Of a stretch of DNA of 64,000 nt, positions 53,470-64,000 are shown piece after piece. This stretch comes from an uncultured Methanosarcinaceae archaeon (lineage in GTDB: Archaea; Halobacteriota; Methanosarcinia; Methanosarcinales; Methanosarcinaceae). The position numbers were made by a program, and so were the translations under genes. Every line of letters starts with the position of its first letter. Position 1 is the first letter of the stretch. Under the pieces are notes generated by a model that was given only the letters and a program-made list of their open reading frames with translations, made no database searches and was not told the origin of the DNA. The DNA is taken from assembly GCA_963721455.1 (NCBI GenBank), contig CAVRJG010000053.1, positions 160,001-224,000 on the forward strand, written 5' to 3'.

Positions 53470-53784
53470 ATGGGAAAACAAATATATGACAGAACGAAGA
53501 AGATCCTGAGTATTTCTATCCTGGTCTTGCTTGTAATGTCAATGATGGTCGCGGTAGTGAGCGCACAGCGAGATGGCGATCGAGACCGAGATCGAGATCG
53601 AGATGGCGATCGAGATCGAAACTGGCGAGATGGCGATCATGGCGGTCGGAATTGCAGGTGGGTCTGTGACGACTGGGAGAAACAGCGGTTCTGTAGAGAC
53701 TGGGGCCATAAAGGGTGTAGAGACTGGGGCTGGAGATGGGTCTGTAGAGACTGGGAATGGAGATGTTGGGGGCGGAAAATGTAA
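53470..53784 (+). CDS. Small secreted Cys/Trp/Arg-rich peptide
   Basis: GGAGTG RBS, signal peptide ending VSA, RD repeat, six Cys and ten Trp. Confidence 0.8.
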   Translation: MGKQIYDRTKKILSISILVLLVMSMMVAVVSAQRDGDRDRDRDRDGDRDRNWRDGDHGGRNCRWVCDDWEKQRFCRDWGHKGCRDWGWRWVCRDWEWRCWGRKM

Positions 53785-53876
53785 GAACTGTCCATGAATG
53801 AAGGAAGATAAACATAAAGACAGAGGCAGTAAGACATTAATTTTGAAAAATCTAATGTATTAACGTCTTTCATAAT

Positions 53877-53985
53877 GGGACTTACGCCCTTGAGAAGCAA
53901 TATAAGGCACGTGCAGATTTACCACAGGATTTGGTAGACGAGCATGATTCATGCTCTTGTTTCTCAGTCACATTGCGTAAGTCCT
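53877..53985. mobile_element. MITE-like element (~110 bp)
   Basis: TIR GGACTTACGC / GCGTAAGTCC. Confidence 0.7.
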
Positions 53986-54078
53986 ATAAATATTTGCATC
54001 TTAAAAACTAAATTAAATATTTGGCAGCAGGCATTTACCCTTTAAATTCTCTATTTTTCTATTAATTAACTGTCTGGT

Positions 54079-54198
54079 TTACTTATATTCAACGTTTTTT
54101 GCTGTTCCTTTTTGATCGCCTTCTTCAATCACCTTGACAAATGCCTGTCTGACAGATTTTCTTTTCCTGACCAGAAAATTGCCTTGTGGTATTTCCAA
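54079..54198 (-). pseudogene. Diverged duplicate of the 3' end of the vhxC-type cytochrome b gene
   Basis: Reads [20 protein letters not shown](1-bp deletion)VKVIEEGDQKGTAKNVEYK*, versus [24 protein letters not shown] in the intact gene. Confidence 0.85.
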
Positions 54199-54618
54199 AC
54201 TCCTGCCATAACACGGGCTTTACAATAAGGATTTCGGTTGTAGGAGAAGAAACAAAAAAGAGGGAAAATAAAAGAAAAGCCGAGAATTTTCAAAAAGGGC
54301 TCTGAATTACCAAACATTTGAGAACCACCTCAACACCGTTAACCCCAGCACTACCATAAAAAGAAGAATCAAGAGGTTGAGGATGATCTGGCCGACTTTT
54401 GTTCGAATTGCCCCCAGTTCATACATCCAGATTCCCATATATAAATATGAATGAGACGGCATATATCCATTTGGAAATTTTCATACATAATTAAAGATTT
54501 GTTTTTGAAGCTTGAAGGAAAAATTAAATATTCTATTCGTTGTTGGATTCATTTCCCATCAATTTTTATTCATTTTCCATCCATTTGTGATTCATTTCCC
54601 TTTTTGATTTGTTTACTG

Positions 54619-55410
54619 TCACTGCTCTTTTATCACTATTTTCTGGTCGCTTTCATCGACTACCCTGACAAAATGCCTGTCTGAAAGATCCTCTTTTCCT
54701 GACCAGAAAATTGCCTTGTGGTACTTCCAGACATTCGGATCGAGTTCAAGAATTCCTACATGAACCACGAGTTCAAAAACAAACCAGTAGCCTGCAAGCA
54801 GATGTATTAAACGGATTAGCCCTAAAGCATCAATACCAAGCAAAGGCGCAAAGTACCAGGCGACAGAGGTAATCCATTCTGCAATGGGAAGCCCGAAAAG
54901 GGTCCAGTTGATATTGTAAAGCACTATCCCTGTAATCGCGATCAGGAAGATTGCCGTGCTTTCGAAAATAATCAAAAGCTTGAGCATGGGGTGAAGTTTT
55001 GTAACATAATGTCCCTTACGCTCGTCATAAATTGTGAAAGCCGGATACCTGCCTTTTCCGAAAAAATTCTTGACTATATCAATAAGGCGTTCTGCATCAT
55101 CTTTTCCAAAAAGGTAAGATTCCCTGAAATGCCCTATCCGGTCTCTGACACTGCATCTTTCTCCTTTGCAGGAAAAAATATTGTAAGGGACCAGAATCCA
55201 GTTTGCGACCAGGAAAAAGGGCACAGCAATAATATGCAGGGTCCGAGCTGTATGAAATTCCATGAAATCCCAGCCAAAATAGATTTTGAACCCTGTGATA
55301 AGAAGGGTCAACATGGCGACAAGATGCACCAGGTGAGTAACTCTCTCAAGCCAGGTATAACGTTCAACAATTATTCTCCCGGAAGCGGGTTTTTCAGCAG
55401 ATCGTACCAT
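54619..55410 (-). CDS. vhxC: Membrane-bound hydrogenase cytochrome b subunit (second operon)
   Basis: Heme-ligand His in RVTHLVH, RTLHII, IHLL, VVHVG; paralog of 60380-61156. Confidence 0.88.
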   Translation of the reverse strand: MVRSAEKPASGRIIVERYTWLERVTHLVHLVAMLTLLITGFKIYFGWDFMEFHTARTLHIIAVPFFLVANWILVPYNIFSCKGERCSVRDRIGHFRESYLFGKDDAERLIDIVKNFFGKGRYPAFTIYDERKGHYVTKLHPMLKLLIIFESTAIFLIAITGIVLYNINWTLFGLPIAEWITSVAWYFAPLLGIDALGLIRLIHLLAGYWFVFELVVHVGILELDPNVWKYHKAIFWSGKEDLSDRHFVRVVDESDQKIVIKEQ

Positions 55411-55422
55411 TTCCAGCCTCCT

Positions 55423-57213
55423 TTAAAGCACCCTTATATTATAATCCGGATTCTTTCCGGTTTTGTCAATGGTATGAACCGCACATGCCAGACAGGGATC
55501 ATAAGAGCGGGCTGTGTGCAGGATTCCGAGAGGATTGGAATAATCCACTCCAAGTGCATTTTCGGCAGCTGAAATTTTAGTGCCTATGAGAGCCTGCTCA
55601 ACAGGGCTTGGAATTTCCTGTGAATTCCTGGGAGCAAGGTTCCAGGTACTCGGAACCACAGCCTGATAAAGGGTTACCATTGAATCCGGCCCTGTGGCAA
55701 TCCAGTGACCCAGTGCCCCTCGCGGAGCTTCCCATAAGCCCATTCCTGTGGAACTCTTTGCCATGGAAAGATCGGTATGCACCGCAACCTTTCCGCCTGC
55801 CTGAAGATCCTGTGTGAGCCATTTCATGAGTTCTGGAATCACTACAAGAATTTCCTGCATCCTTGCAATCATGCGGGTGTAGTTATTGACTGGATAGTAG
55901 CCGTTATCCTGAAAAGTTTTTACCAATCCCGTAACAAGGGGCTCTCCCATAATCATCATACGAGCAAGGGGGCCGACCTCACACGGAATCCCAGCATAAT
56001 GAGGGGCTTTTGCCCATGAATAGCGGCTCTCCGATCCTTTCGTATAGTCGATCTTTTCAGGGTCCCCTTCTGGAACCGTAACCCCATTCCAGGGAGGACG
56101 GTCTTTTTCCTCGTCAATGTAGAAGGAGTGACTAACGCTTTCTGAAATCTTCCTGTAGTCGAATTTTTCAAGCCTGAAATACCCGTTCATATAACCGGAA
56201 GGCATAACCCTGCTGTCCGCAGGACTTGTGGGATCATATCCATCCCCTTTCTCAGGCTTGAAGAAAACTCCGTAAGAAAGAAAACCGATCTTATCGGGAT
56301 CTTTGTAAGTCCCTGCACGGTCCATTTTCATACTGATAGGCAGACCAAGAAGTTTTTCTCCTATCAGCTCCGAGCCGAAAGCCGCAAAGAGCGGGACGTC
56401 TCCCCAGCCTGCAGAGTGTGAGAAATCCTTGCTGGTAAGGGATTTATTCAGAAGTTCCTGCAGGTGTCCAATGACGAAATTAACAGCCTTTTGTGGGGAA
56501 GAAGCCCTGTAAGTATTTTCAATCCAGGTATTGGGAGAGACCCCAAGAGTAAATGCTTCAATGAATTCCATCGTCTTCGAGACATAACTTACAATTTGCC
56601 CGATATCGGCAACCGTCGGAGAATAAACTACTCCCCCAACATGCTGAAGAACCGGATGAGGCATCTTGCCAGCTATCAAGGAAATGGCGTCGTGCAAGCG
56701 GCGAAATTCCACTATAGCGCCTAGATAGGACGAGCCAGCCGGATAACTGATACCGTTAAGCTGATAAATCAAAGGTGCAAAACGCCCTTGGAGTTCTTTC
56801 CATACTGCATTTCCAACATCCCCGTATTTTGCCAGGATATCACGGTAAGCCGGGTTTGCAAGATCAGGACCCCAGAGTAAGTAGATATGGGCTGCATGGC
56901 TGGCGATGTAATTCAGGCTCTGGTGAACATTTCGCATTAAAAGACCGTTTTTGGGGACCTCACCTGCAACCCCGAAAAGTTCATCGAGGGCATTTGCTGC
57001 AGCTATGCCGTGGCTAACCGGGCAAACTCCACAGATCCTCTGGGACAGAAGTGCCGCATCCCTGGGATCCTGGTGCTCTAGGAGACGTTCAAAACCCCTT
57101 AACTGCAAGCCACTACTCTGGGCGTCAGTAATTACGCCTTCCCCATCGACTTCGGTATTGATTCTGTAATGTCCTTCAATTCTCGTAAGAGGATCAACAG
57201 TAACCTGTACCAT
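55423..57213 (-). CDS. vhxA: [NiFe] hydrogenase large subunit (second operon)
   Basis: [20 protein letters not shown]. Confidence 0.9.
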   Translation of the reverse strand: MVQVTVDPLTRIEGHYRINTEVDGEGVITDAQSSGLQLRGFERLLEHQDPRDAALLSQRICGVCPVSHGIAAANALDELFGVAGEVPKNGLLMRNVHQSLNYIASHAAHIYLLWGPDLANPAYRDILAKYGDVGNAVWKELQGRFAPLIYQLNGISYPAGSSYLGAIVEFRRLHDAISLIAGKMPHPVLQHVGGVVYSPTVADIGQIVSYVSKTMEFIEAFTLGVSPNTWIENTYRASSPQKAVNFVIGHLQELLNKSLTSKDFSHSAGWGDVPLFAAFGSELIGEKLLGLPISMKMDRAGTYKDPDKIGFLSYGVFFKPEKGDGYDPTSPADSRVMPSGYMNGYFRLEKFDYRKISESVSHSFYIDEEKDRPPWNGVTVPEGDPEKIDYTKGSESRYSWAKAPHYAGIPCEVGPLARMMIMGEPLVTGLVKTFQDNGYYPVNNYTRMIARMQEILVVIPELMKWLTQDLQAGGKVAVHTDLSMAKSSTGMGLWEAPRGALGHWIATGPDSMVTLYQAVVPSTWNLAPRNSQEIPSPVEQALIGTKISAAENALGVDYSNPLGILHTARSYDPCLACAVHTIDKTGKNPDYNIRVL

Positions 57214-58442
57214 TATTTTTCACCTCCGGTTTCCTCTGGAGTGCTTTCTTCGGCAAAGCCTTCCTCGTCCTCAGGTCTTTTCATGACAGTTCTCCTGACA
57301 GCATGAGCCCCTGCAGCAAGTAACGCGCCCCCTATTGCCACTCCCGCTATAGTAGTGATATTCGTACCTAAAATTCCTGTTTTTTCAATTTCCACGAAAA
57401 AGGGCCTGGTACTATCTGGGAAGCCCGGCTGAACGCAGCCAATACAGGGAGAGCCTGCCTGAGGGCAGTAATTGAGATGGCCGTTCCAGTTGCGAGTAGC
57501 ACAGTCTGCATGGGTATAAGGCCCCTTACATCCCAGTTTCCAGAGGCACTTAGGTCCACCTACTGTCAGCTCAAATTCTCCACGGTCATAGTATCCGCGA
57601 CGAGAACAGTTATCATGAATAACATGGTCAGGCGGGAAGAAAACCTTTGGACGTTTCCAGTGATCCAGCATATAAGGCAAATCATCAGGTACCTTTATTT
57701 TTCCCAAAACAACTGCGCCTATTGTCAAAAAAACCCAGTCTGGATGAGTAGGGCAACCAGTAAGATTAATTACAGGCTTTTCGATGCCAAGGAGATTTAA
57801 AATCCCCTTTGAGGAATCTTCCATAGTAAAGGCAACCCCACGGGGGTCCATAAGTTCAACTATATCACTCTTAGCAGAGTTCACTCCACCATTAGTCGCA
57901 CAATTCCCAATTGCAACAATTGCCGAGGCATTTTTCGCAGCTTTCGCGTAAATCTCTTTATAGGTCTTGCCTCCCAACATGAGATATTTCCCGGAACCTT
58001 GAGGTCCGTTCGCAACTGCTCCTTCGGAAACTAGAACGTAACCATTTTCCCTTTCCAAGATCTCATCCAGCAGAATCTCGGAGTTAAGCTCACTAGTATT
58101 TGCAAGCTTTCCATCTACGAAAATTCCTTGCTGCATCATTAAAACTTCATGATAGAGAAGTTTGAGATTATACTCCTGAAGGAATTCGATGATATCAGGA
58201 GATCCTCCGTCCAGCATTGATATGGTACAGCCACTATCCATTACTCCGTGAAGCCATACTACTTTAGTTTCCGAAAATTCAAGGGCTTTTGCCAGATCGC
58301 TTTTATATGTTTGTAAAAACAGTGAAGCTCCCAGTACCCCAACAGCCTTTATAAAAGTCCGTCGATCCATCTTCATAAAATCGAGATTTTTAAACTTTTC
58401 AAGTAAGCCGTCATCAATCGTCCCAGTTCCCCCTGATCGCAA
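57213..58442 (-). CDS. vhxG: [NiFe] hydrogenase small subunit with Tat signal (second operon)
   Basis: [29 protein letters not shown]-terminal TM. Confidence 0.9.
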   Translation of the reverse strand: MRSGGTGTIDDGLLEKFKNLDFMKMDRRTFIKAVGVLGASLFLQTYKSDLAKALEFSETKVVWLHGVMDSGCTISMLDGGSPDIIEFLQEYNLKLLYHEVLMMQQGIFVDGKLANTSELNSEILLDEILERENGYVLVSEGAVANGPQGSGKYLMLGGKTYKEIYAKAAKNASAIVAIGNCATNGGVNSAKSDIVELMDPRGVAFTMEDSSKGILNLLGIEKPVINLTGCPTHPDWVFLTIGAVVLGKIKVPDDLPYMLDHWKRPKVFFPPDHVIHDNCSRRGYYDRGEFELTVGGPKCLWKLGCKGPYTHADCATRNWNGHLNYCPQAGSPCIGCVQPGFPDSTRPFFVEIEKTGILGTNITTIAGVAIGGALLAAGAHAVRRTVMKRPEDEEGFAEESTPEETGGEK

Positions 58443-58766
58443 ATACTTCTATATACAGACATATATAAGATTGAGCCCAATATATTAAAAGACTATCATA
58501 AACCCTATCGGTCTGCTTTGCAAATAACCTTTGAGTGCTACAGAAACAGGCATTGTCAGATATGCAGCTTTCTTTAGAGATACAATGAAAGTTTATTATT
58601 AACGCCCAAATCTAACTAATTTTTAAATAAATATGTGTTCTATAAAAATTGATATATTTTGACACCCTTCTTTATTTATCGAAATTTTAAGGCTATAGCA
58701 TGTTAATAGTGAAGGCTTTATATTTTGAGGAAAGAAAACTATGCAGCAAAATATGGGGTACAAAGT

Positions 58767-59696
58767 ATGACTATTGGGGACGATCACGATTTAGAATCGC
58801 CGAGATTTGCAGGCGATGAGGTTTTGGAGGCTTGCTATGACAATGAAAGATTCCTTCGCAGAGGCGATAGTGGATCTGCAGTAGAGAAAGTTCAACAGGC
58901 TCTGATGGATGCGGGATTTCCTTTGCCAAGAGGTGGAGCTGATAGCTTTTTCGGGGAAGAAACTGAGTCAGCTGTCAAAAACTACCAGCGAGCACGCGGA
59001 CTGAGTGCTGATGGTGTAATAGGGCCGATTACTATAGGGAATCTGGACGCAGAATTCTCCACAGGAGTAACAGAGCCTTCAGTTCCACCATCACCGGAAC
59101 CACAAGTATCGAAGGTTCCAACTCCACTAAACCCGGAATCTCCGGTTCGACCAGCACGGGCATCTCCTGTTGAGCCACAAAGGGCACCACCGGTTCCAGA
59201 AGTACATGCACCGCCGGTTCCAAAAGTACACGCACCTCCAGTTCCAGAAGTACACGCACCTCCAGTTCCAATTCCACCGGTATCGGAACCTCCAATTTTA
59301 GCAACACAGACAGTTCCGCCTGAACAAACACCGGTTCATGTAACTAAGCCCATAACTCCACCTGTGACTACACCACCCAAGTCGATTGATAGTCAAGGGC
59401 GCAAATTTCATTCCGCTGGGACATGGAGAGGGAATAGCTCCTTCGAAGTCCAGGCTGGAAAATCAATACGTTTTGAAATAAGTAATCCTAATGTCAGTGA
59501 ATCAAGCATCCGGATAAAGACAAATACAAGGGAAGTCAGAGAATCTGTACTTCTGCCTGAATATATTGTCGATTTTGAATTCTCTATAAGAGGTGAAGGG
59601 CCTTTTACCTGGAAATTTGATATTGAAACAGGCAGCGAGGAATCTTTGTTTAATTGGAAACTTTATAGCAACTGGGTGCCGGGAAAATCCGAGTAA
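58767..59696 (+). CDS. Peptidoglycan-binding-like domain protein with Pro-rich linker and unknown beta-rich C-terminal domain
   Basis: LRRGDSGSAVEKVQQAL...AVKNYQRARGLSADGVIGPIT; 24-bp repeats encoding APPVPEVH at ~59184-59270. Confidence 0.85.
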   Translation: MTIGDDHDLESPRFAGDEVLEACYDNERFLRRGDSGSAVEKVQQALMDAGFPLPRGGADSFFGEETESAVKNYQRARGLSADGVIGPITIGNLDAEFSTGVTEPSVPPSPEPQVSKVPTPLNPESPVRPARASPVEPQRAPPVPEVHAPPVPKVHAPPVPEVHAPPVPIPPVSEPPILATQTVPPEQTPVHVTKPITPPVTTPPKSIDSQGRKFHSAGTWRGNSSFEVQAGKSIRFEISNPNVSESSIRIKTNTREVRESVLLPEYIVDFEFSIRGEGPFTWKFDIETGSEESLFNWKLYSNWVPGKSE

Positions 59697-59799
59697 CCAG
59701 TAAATCAGGACGAGAATTGCAAAGGAATAGCTAAGATATTAAAAGGAAAACGTAAGATAATAAAAGAAAAGATCGGACGATAAAAAGAAAAAAATAAGA

Positions 59800-60285
59800 T
59801 TAAATTGGGGAAGAGATTTCTTCCCTTATGAGTTTTATAGCTTTTTCCACACCCTCTAGGACTTCAGGACTTATTTCCTGCGTAGCTTCAGTGACTATTG
59901 TTCCTATTTCGATTCCAATTACCACAATTTCCGGGAGGGTTTGGATCTCTTCTCCAATCCTTAATACATCTGTAATTGTGAGATCGTGAGCAGAGACAAG
60001 GTTTAGGGGTTCAGCAAATTTTATCAGGTCCTTACCTTCTATGCGGTGCACGGAACCTGGCGGGCTGTCTGCCAGAACTGCATCTACTATAATGACCTTC
60101 CTGGCGCCATCAAGAAGATTTAAAAGATCAAGCCCGCAGACCCCTGCGTCCTCGATATCAAGATCTTTGAGGTCTTTAAGTTCGGTTTTGTGAAGAGCCT
60201 CAAGGACTTTGAGGCCAACACCATCGTTTCCCATTAACGGGCTTCCGCATCCCAGGATACGGACAGGAGCATGTAATATAGACAT
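59800..60285 (-). CDS. vhtD: Hydrogenase maturation protease
   Basis: LGCGSPLMGNDGVG, IIVDAV, SAH. Confidence 0.92.
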   Translation of the reverse strand: MSILHAPVRILGCGSPLMGNDGVGLKVLEALHKTELKDLKDLDIEDAGVCGLDLLNLLDGARKVIIVDAVLADSPPGSVHRIEGKDLIKFAEPLNLVSAHDLTITDVLRIGEEIQTLPEIVVIGIEIGTIVTEATQEISPEVLEGVEKAIKLIREEISSPI

Positions 60286-60379
60286 ATTCTCACCTAATTA
60301 AAAAGCGTATAGATTTTTTGAACATGCCTATACTACCTTTTCCAGTTAAGATTTTTCTTTAATAATTTTTTAGTAGTTT

Positions 60380-61156
60380 TTAGTGCTTGCCTTTCTTACT
60401 ATCAAACCTTGAATATTTCTCTACAAACTCTGAATAGTGAGTGTCTGAGAGGTCTTCCTTTCCAGTCACGAAGATAGCTTTGTAGTACTTCCAGACATGA
60501 GGGTCAAACTCCAGAATACCGACATGTACTACCAGTTCAAAGATAAACCAGTAGGTCATCAGCAGGTGAAGAACCCTGAAGAACTGCAGGGAAGTCATGT
60601 CGAATACAGGTGCAATAAGGGCTCCTGCAGACAGGATCCACGAGCCTATAGGAAGACCGAAAAGCGACCAGTCAAGCTTGTAAAGGACAATGCCTGAAAT
60701 CGCAATAAGGACGAGGGCTAAACCTTCAAGCGGAATCAGGATCTTCATTAAGGGGTGAAGTTTAGTCTCGTAGTGACCTTTTTCTTCATCATAGATAGTA
60801 AACGCCGGGTATTTTTTGCCTTTGCTGAAGAAATTACCAATTATACCGCCCAGACGCGCTGCATCTTTAGGACCAAAAATATAATGGTTTATGAAGTGGG
60901 TTATTTTTCCCGTAAACCCGTGACCTTCGGAGAAGATGTTGTAAGGGATAAGGATCCAGTTCACTGCAAGCAGGAACGGAACCGCTATCATGTGGAGAGC
61001 GCGGGCGTTATGGAAACTCATAAAGTCCCATCCCGCGTATATCTTTAACCCTGTGATGATGAGCACCAGCATCGCTATGGCATGGACGGTATGAGCTATC
61101 CTGTCAGTAACGGTATAGCGCTCAACAACCATTGTAGGGTTGTCCTTAGCTTTCAT
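60380..61156 (-). CDS. vhtC: Methanophenazine-reducing hydrogenase cytochrome b subunit
   Basis: RIAHTVH, RALHMI, VLHLL, VVHVG. Confidence 0.9.
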   Translation of the reverse strand: MKAKDNPTMVVERYTVTDRIAHTVHAIAMLVLIITGLKIYAGWDFMSFHNARALHMIAVPFLLAVNWILIPYNIFSEGHGFTGKITHFINHYIFGPKDAARLGGIIGNFFSKGKKYPAFTIYDEEKGHYETKLHPLMKILIPLEGLALVLIAISGIVLYKLDWSLFGLPIGSWILSAGALIAPVFDMTSLQFFRVLHLLMTYWFIFELVVHVGILEFDPHVWKYYKAIFVTGKEDLSDTHYSEFVEKYSRFDSKKGKH

Positions 61157-61181
61157 TATAGGTCATCTCCTTGTACTATAC

Positions 61182-62957
61182 TTATACTATTCTTAGAGTA
61201 TTTGGAGCGTTTTTCCCGGTCAGGTCAATGGTGTGGACTGCACAGGAAATGCAAGGATCATAGGACCTACCCATATGGAAGATGCCAAATGGATTGGTAT
61301 AATCGACAGCTCCGACTGTGTTAATTTTTGAACCAATGAGAGACTGTTCGAGCGGACCAGGGATGCCATTGCTGTCTCTTGGGGACATTAACCAGGTACC
61401 CGGAACTATGGCCTGATAGTTGGCAACCTTTCCGTTGCTATCAGTGGAGATCCAGTGACCAAGGGCTCCACGAGGTGCTTCCCACAGGCCCATACCCTGG
61501 GAGTTCTTAGCCTTTTCAAAGTTCAGAGGCACGGAAATCTTGCCGCCTGGCTGATAGTCAACTGTTACCCAGTTAAGAAGTTCATATGCGAGAATTGCCA
61601 TTTCCTGCATACGAGCCAACATTCTGGTGTAGACATTAGCTGCAGAGTAGCCTTTCGCATTGAAGGCCTGAGCTAGGCCGGTTACGAGCGGCTCTTTTAT
61701 ATTTAGCATGCGTGCAAGAGGCCCGACTTCACCTGGAATTCCCTCGTATCTCGGAGCCTTGTCCCAGCTGTACTGGCTATCCGAACCTCCTGTGAAGACA
61801 ATTTTATTTGGATCCGTAAACGGAACGGTTTCACCTTTTGTTGGTGCGAAGTCGTTGGCACTGTTCTGGTAGAAGGAGTGAGCAGTACTCTCCGTAACCT
61901 TGTCCGGATTAAATTCCTGATATTCGAGTTTTCCTGATACCACACCTGAGGTGAAAATACGGTCTCCTGCTGGACTCCTCGGGTCGTATCCGTCTTTGGG
62001 CTTGTAGTATCCACCATATGAAATGAAGCAGATCTTTGAGGGGTCCTTGTACCCACCGATTGTATCATGTTTAAGGCTTGCTGGAAGGCCAAGCAGAGTT
62101 TCGCCTACAAGTTCTGAACCAAAAGCTGCATAGAATTCCACATCTCCCCAACCTGCGTCTTTGGAGAAGTCATTGGAAGCAAGGGATTTGTCAACAAGTC
62201 CCTGGAGGTGTCCCTTCACAAAGCTTACCGCTTTGTCTGGAGAGCTTGCCTTATAAGTATTTTCGATCCAGGTATCGAATGGAACTTTCAGAGTATGTTT
62301 GGATACGAAGTCCATGACCTGCAGATAGTAAGTGGAAAGTTTGGTTATATCTGCGACATTAGCCGGGTAGGTATATCCACCTGGATAAAGGGTTGAAACG
62401 CCAGGCATTCTACCGCCAATAAGTGCAATAGCCTCCTGAAGGCGTTTCTTTTCAGGAATTGCTGCAAGATAGGAACTTCCCACAGGTACAGGCACGCCAT
62501 CCATCTTGTAGCTGATTGGGGCAAACCTTCCAACCATCTCTTTCCAGACTGCGTTTCCGGCGTCTCCCAGTGTTGTAAGGACATTTCTATACGCTGGGTT
62601 TGCAAGGTCAGGGCCAAAGAGGATATATATATGAGTTGCATGGCTTGCAACCATGTTCAGGCCCTGGACAATGTTCCTCATTACAAGAGCATCTTTGGGA
62701 ACTTGATCAGCCACGCCATAAAGATCGTCAAGAGCATTTGTGGCTGTCATTCCATGAGCAATAGGGCAGACACCACAAATTCTCTGGGTAAGAAAAGCTG
62801 CGTCTCTTGGATCCTGGTTCTGCAGAATGCGTTCAAAACCCCTGAACATAAGGGAAGATGACTGGGCATCGGTAATAACACCGTTAGCATCTACTTCAGT
62901 GGATATGCGTTGGTGGCCTTCAATTCTCGTTAAGGGATCAACTGTAACGTTTACCAT
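61182..62957 (-). CDS. vhtA: Methanophenazine-reducing [NiFe] hydrogenase large subunit
   Basis: [20 protein letters not shown]. Confidence 0.93.
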   Translation of the reverse strand: MVNVTVDPLTRIEGHQRISTEVDANGVITDAQSSSLMFRGFERILQNQDPRDAAFLTQRICGVCPIAHGMTATNALDDLYGVADQVPKDALVMRNIVQGLNMVASHATHIYILFGPDLANPAYRNVLTTLGDAGNAVWKEMVGRFAPISYKMDGVPVPVGSSYLAAIPEKKRLQEAIALIGGRMPGVSTLYPGGYTYPANVADITKLSTYYLQVMDFVSKHTLKVPFDTWIENTYKASSPDKAVSFVKGHLQGLVDKSLASNDFSKDAGWGDVEFYAAFGSELVGETLLGLPASLKHDTIGGYKDPSKICFISYGGYYKPKDGYDPRSPAGDRIFTSGVVSGKLEYQEFNPDKVTESTAHSFYQNSANDFAPTKGETVPFTDPNKIVFTGGSDSQYSWDKAPRYEGIPGEVGPLARMLNIKEPLVTGLAQAFNAKGYSAANVYTRMLARMQEMAILAYELLNWVTVDYQPGGKISVPLNFEKAKNSQGMGLWEAPRGALGHWISTDSNGKVANYQAIVPGTWLMSPRDSNGIPGPLEQSLIGSKINTVGAVDYTNPFGIFHMGRSYDPCISCAVHTIDLTGKNAPNTLRIV

Positions 62958-62964
62958 TTTTCAC

Positions 62965-64000
62965 TCACTCTCCTTTCATTCTCCTTACAGCATGTACGCC
63001 TGCTGCAACTGCAGCTGCTCCGACTGCAACTTTGGCTACTGTGTCAATGTTTGTTCCGGCAATTCCGACATCTTCACGTTCAACATACAGGGGTCTTGAC
63101 GTATCTGGGAAGCCCGGCTCGACACAGGCAATACAGGGGCCGCCTGCCTGAGGACACAGGCTGACTGAGCCGTTCCACCTGCGGATTCCACAGTCTGCAT
63201 GGGCGTAAGGACCTTTGCATCCAAGTTTATAAAGGCACGCTGGCCCGCCAACCTCAGTATCGAGCTCTCCGCGGTCATAGTATCCGCGGCGGGGACAGTT
63301 TTCGTGCACCGTATGGTCTGGAGGGAAGAAGACTTTTGGCCTGCCGTAATCGTCCAGAACAGCCGGAAGATCGTCAGGGACTTTTATCTTTCCAAGAATT
63401 ACCGCGCCCACGGTAAGAAGTATCCAATCAGGATGAGCAGGACAACCCGGAATGTTGATTACGGGCTTATCGATGCCAAGTTCTTTAAGCATGCCTCCTT
63501 TTTTATCCTTTGTAAAGCCTACTCCCATGTAATCCGTGTCCTTGGCAACATCGCTGGCTGCATTGGTAATTCCTCCCCAGGTGGCACAGGCCCCGACTGC
63601 AACGATAGCTACGGCATTCTTTGCAGCCTCTGCAAGGGTTTCCTTGAAAGTCTTGTTTCCAATAACCAGGTAGCGTCCGGAACCATCCGGACCGTTCGGA
63701 ATTGCGCCTTCAATGACCAGGATATACTTACCTTCTTTGTAAAGTTCTTCAAGGAGGATCTCGGAGTTAAGCTCGGAGGTGTTTACAAGCTTACCATCAT
63801 TCCAGATTCCCTGCTGTGCACAAATAGTCTCATGGAAAGCAAGATTGACATTGAGCTTTTGTAGTGCCTGTACAATGTCAGGATTGCCTGCATTTAAGAC
63901 CGATTCGGAGCAGCCAGTGCATTCAGAGCCGTGCAGCCAGATAATCTTGGTCTCTGCAAATTCAATACCCCTTACCAGGTCAGCTTTGTAGGTATTCAAG
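62965..64000 (-). CDS. vhtG: Methanophenazine-reducing hydrogenase small subunit (5' end outside window)
   Basis: ECTGC, GCPAHP, HENC, CLYKLGCKGP. Confidence 0.93.
   Translation of the reverse strand, partial: LNTYKADLVRGIEFAETKIIWLHGSECTGCSESVLNAGNPDIVQALQKLNVNLAFHETICAQQGIWNDGKLVNTSELNSEILLEELYKEGKYILVIEGAIPNGPDGSGRYLVIGNKTFKETLAEAAKNAVAIVAVGACATWGGITNAASDVAKDTDYMGVGFTKDKKGGMLKELGIDKPVINIPGCPAHPDWILLTVGAVILGKIKVPDDLPAVLDDYGRPKVFFPPDHTVHENCPRRGYYDRGELDTEVGGPACLYKLGCKGPYAHADCGIRRWNGSVSLCPQAGGPCIACVEPGFPDTSRPLYVEREDVGIAGTNIDTVAKVAVGAAAVAAGVHAVRRMKGE

Noticed and set aside
54619-64000. Duplicated hydrogenase operons as a novelty
   Set aside because: Adjacent vht and vhx operons are established in Methanosarcina

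Overview
Archaeal chromosome segment, almost certainly Methanosarcina (DUF1608 S-layer protein, pta-ackA, ADP-dependent kinases, vhtGACD and vhxGAC methanophenazine-reducing hydrogenases, MEDS/PAS histidine kinase). Core blocks are cca, ogg, ADP-GK/PFK, argJ/argC, pgk, ackA-pta, mtaB-type methylthiotransferase, glpX, cgi121 and the hydrogenases. They are interleaved with accessory DNA: a decayed type I R-M operon that keeps three accessory nuclease-like genes, a CheB/CheR-histidine kinase-IS5-catalase region, many MITEs, and a NACHT/HEAT-repeat gene. The best leads are (i) an apparently exported, sequon-rich catalase, (ii) an NLR-like NACHT protein whose near-identical 93-bp HEAT repeats vary mainly at predicted surface codons, (iii) a secreted Cys/Trp/Arg-rich peptide, (iv) two loci where two diverged alleles of the same region sit in tandem, and (v) a peptidoglycan-binding-domain protein between the hydrogenase operons. 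Several single-base frameshifts may be assembly errors. No CRISPR array, rRNA or tRNA was seen. All calls are by eye; no searches were run.
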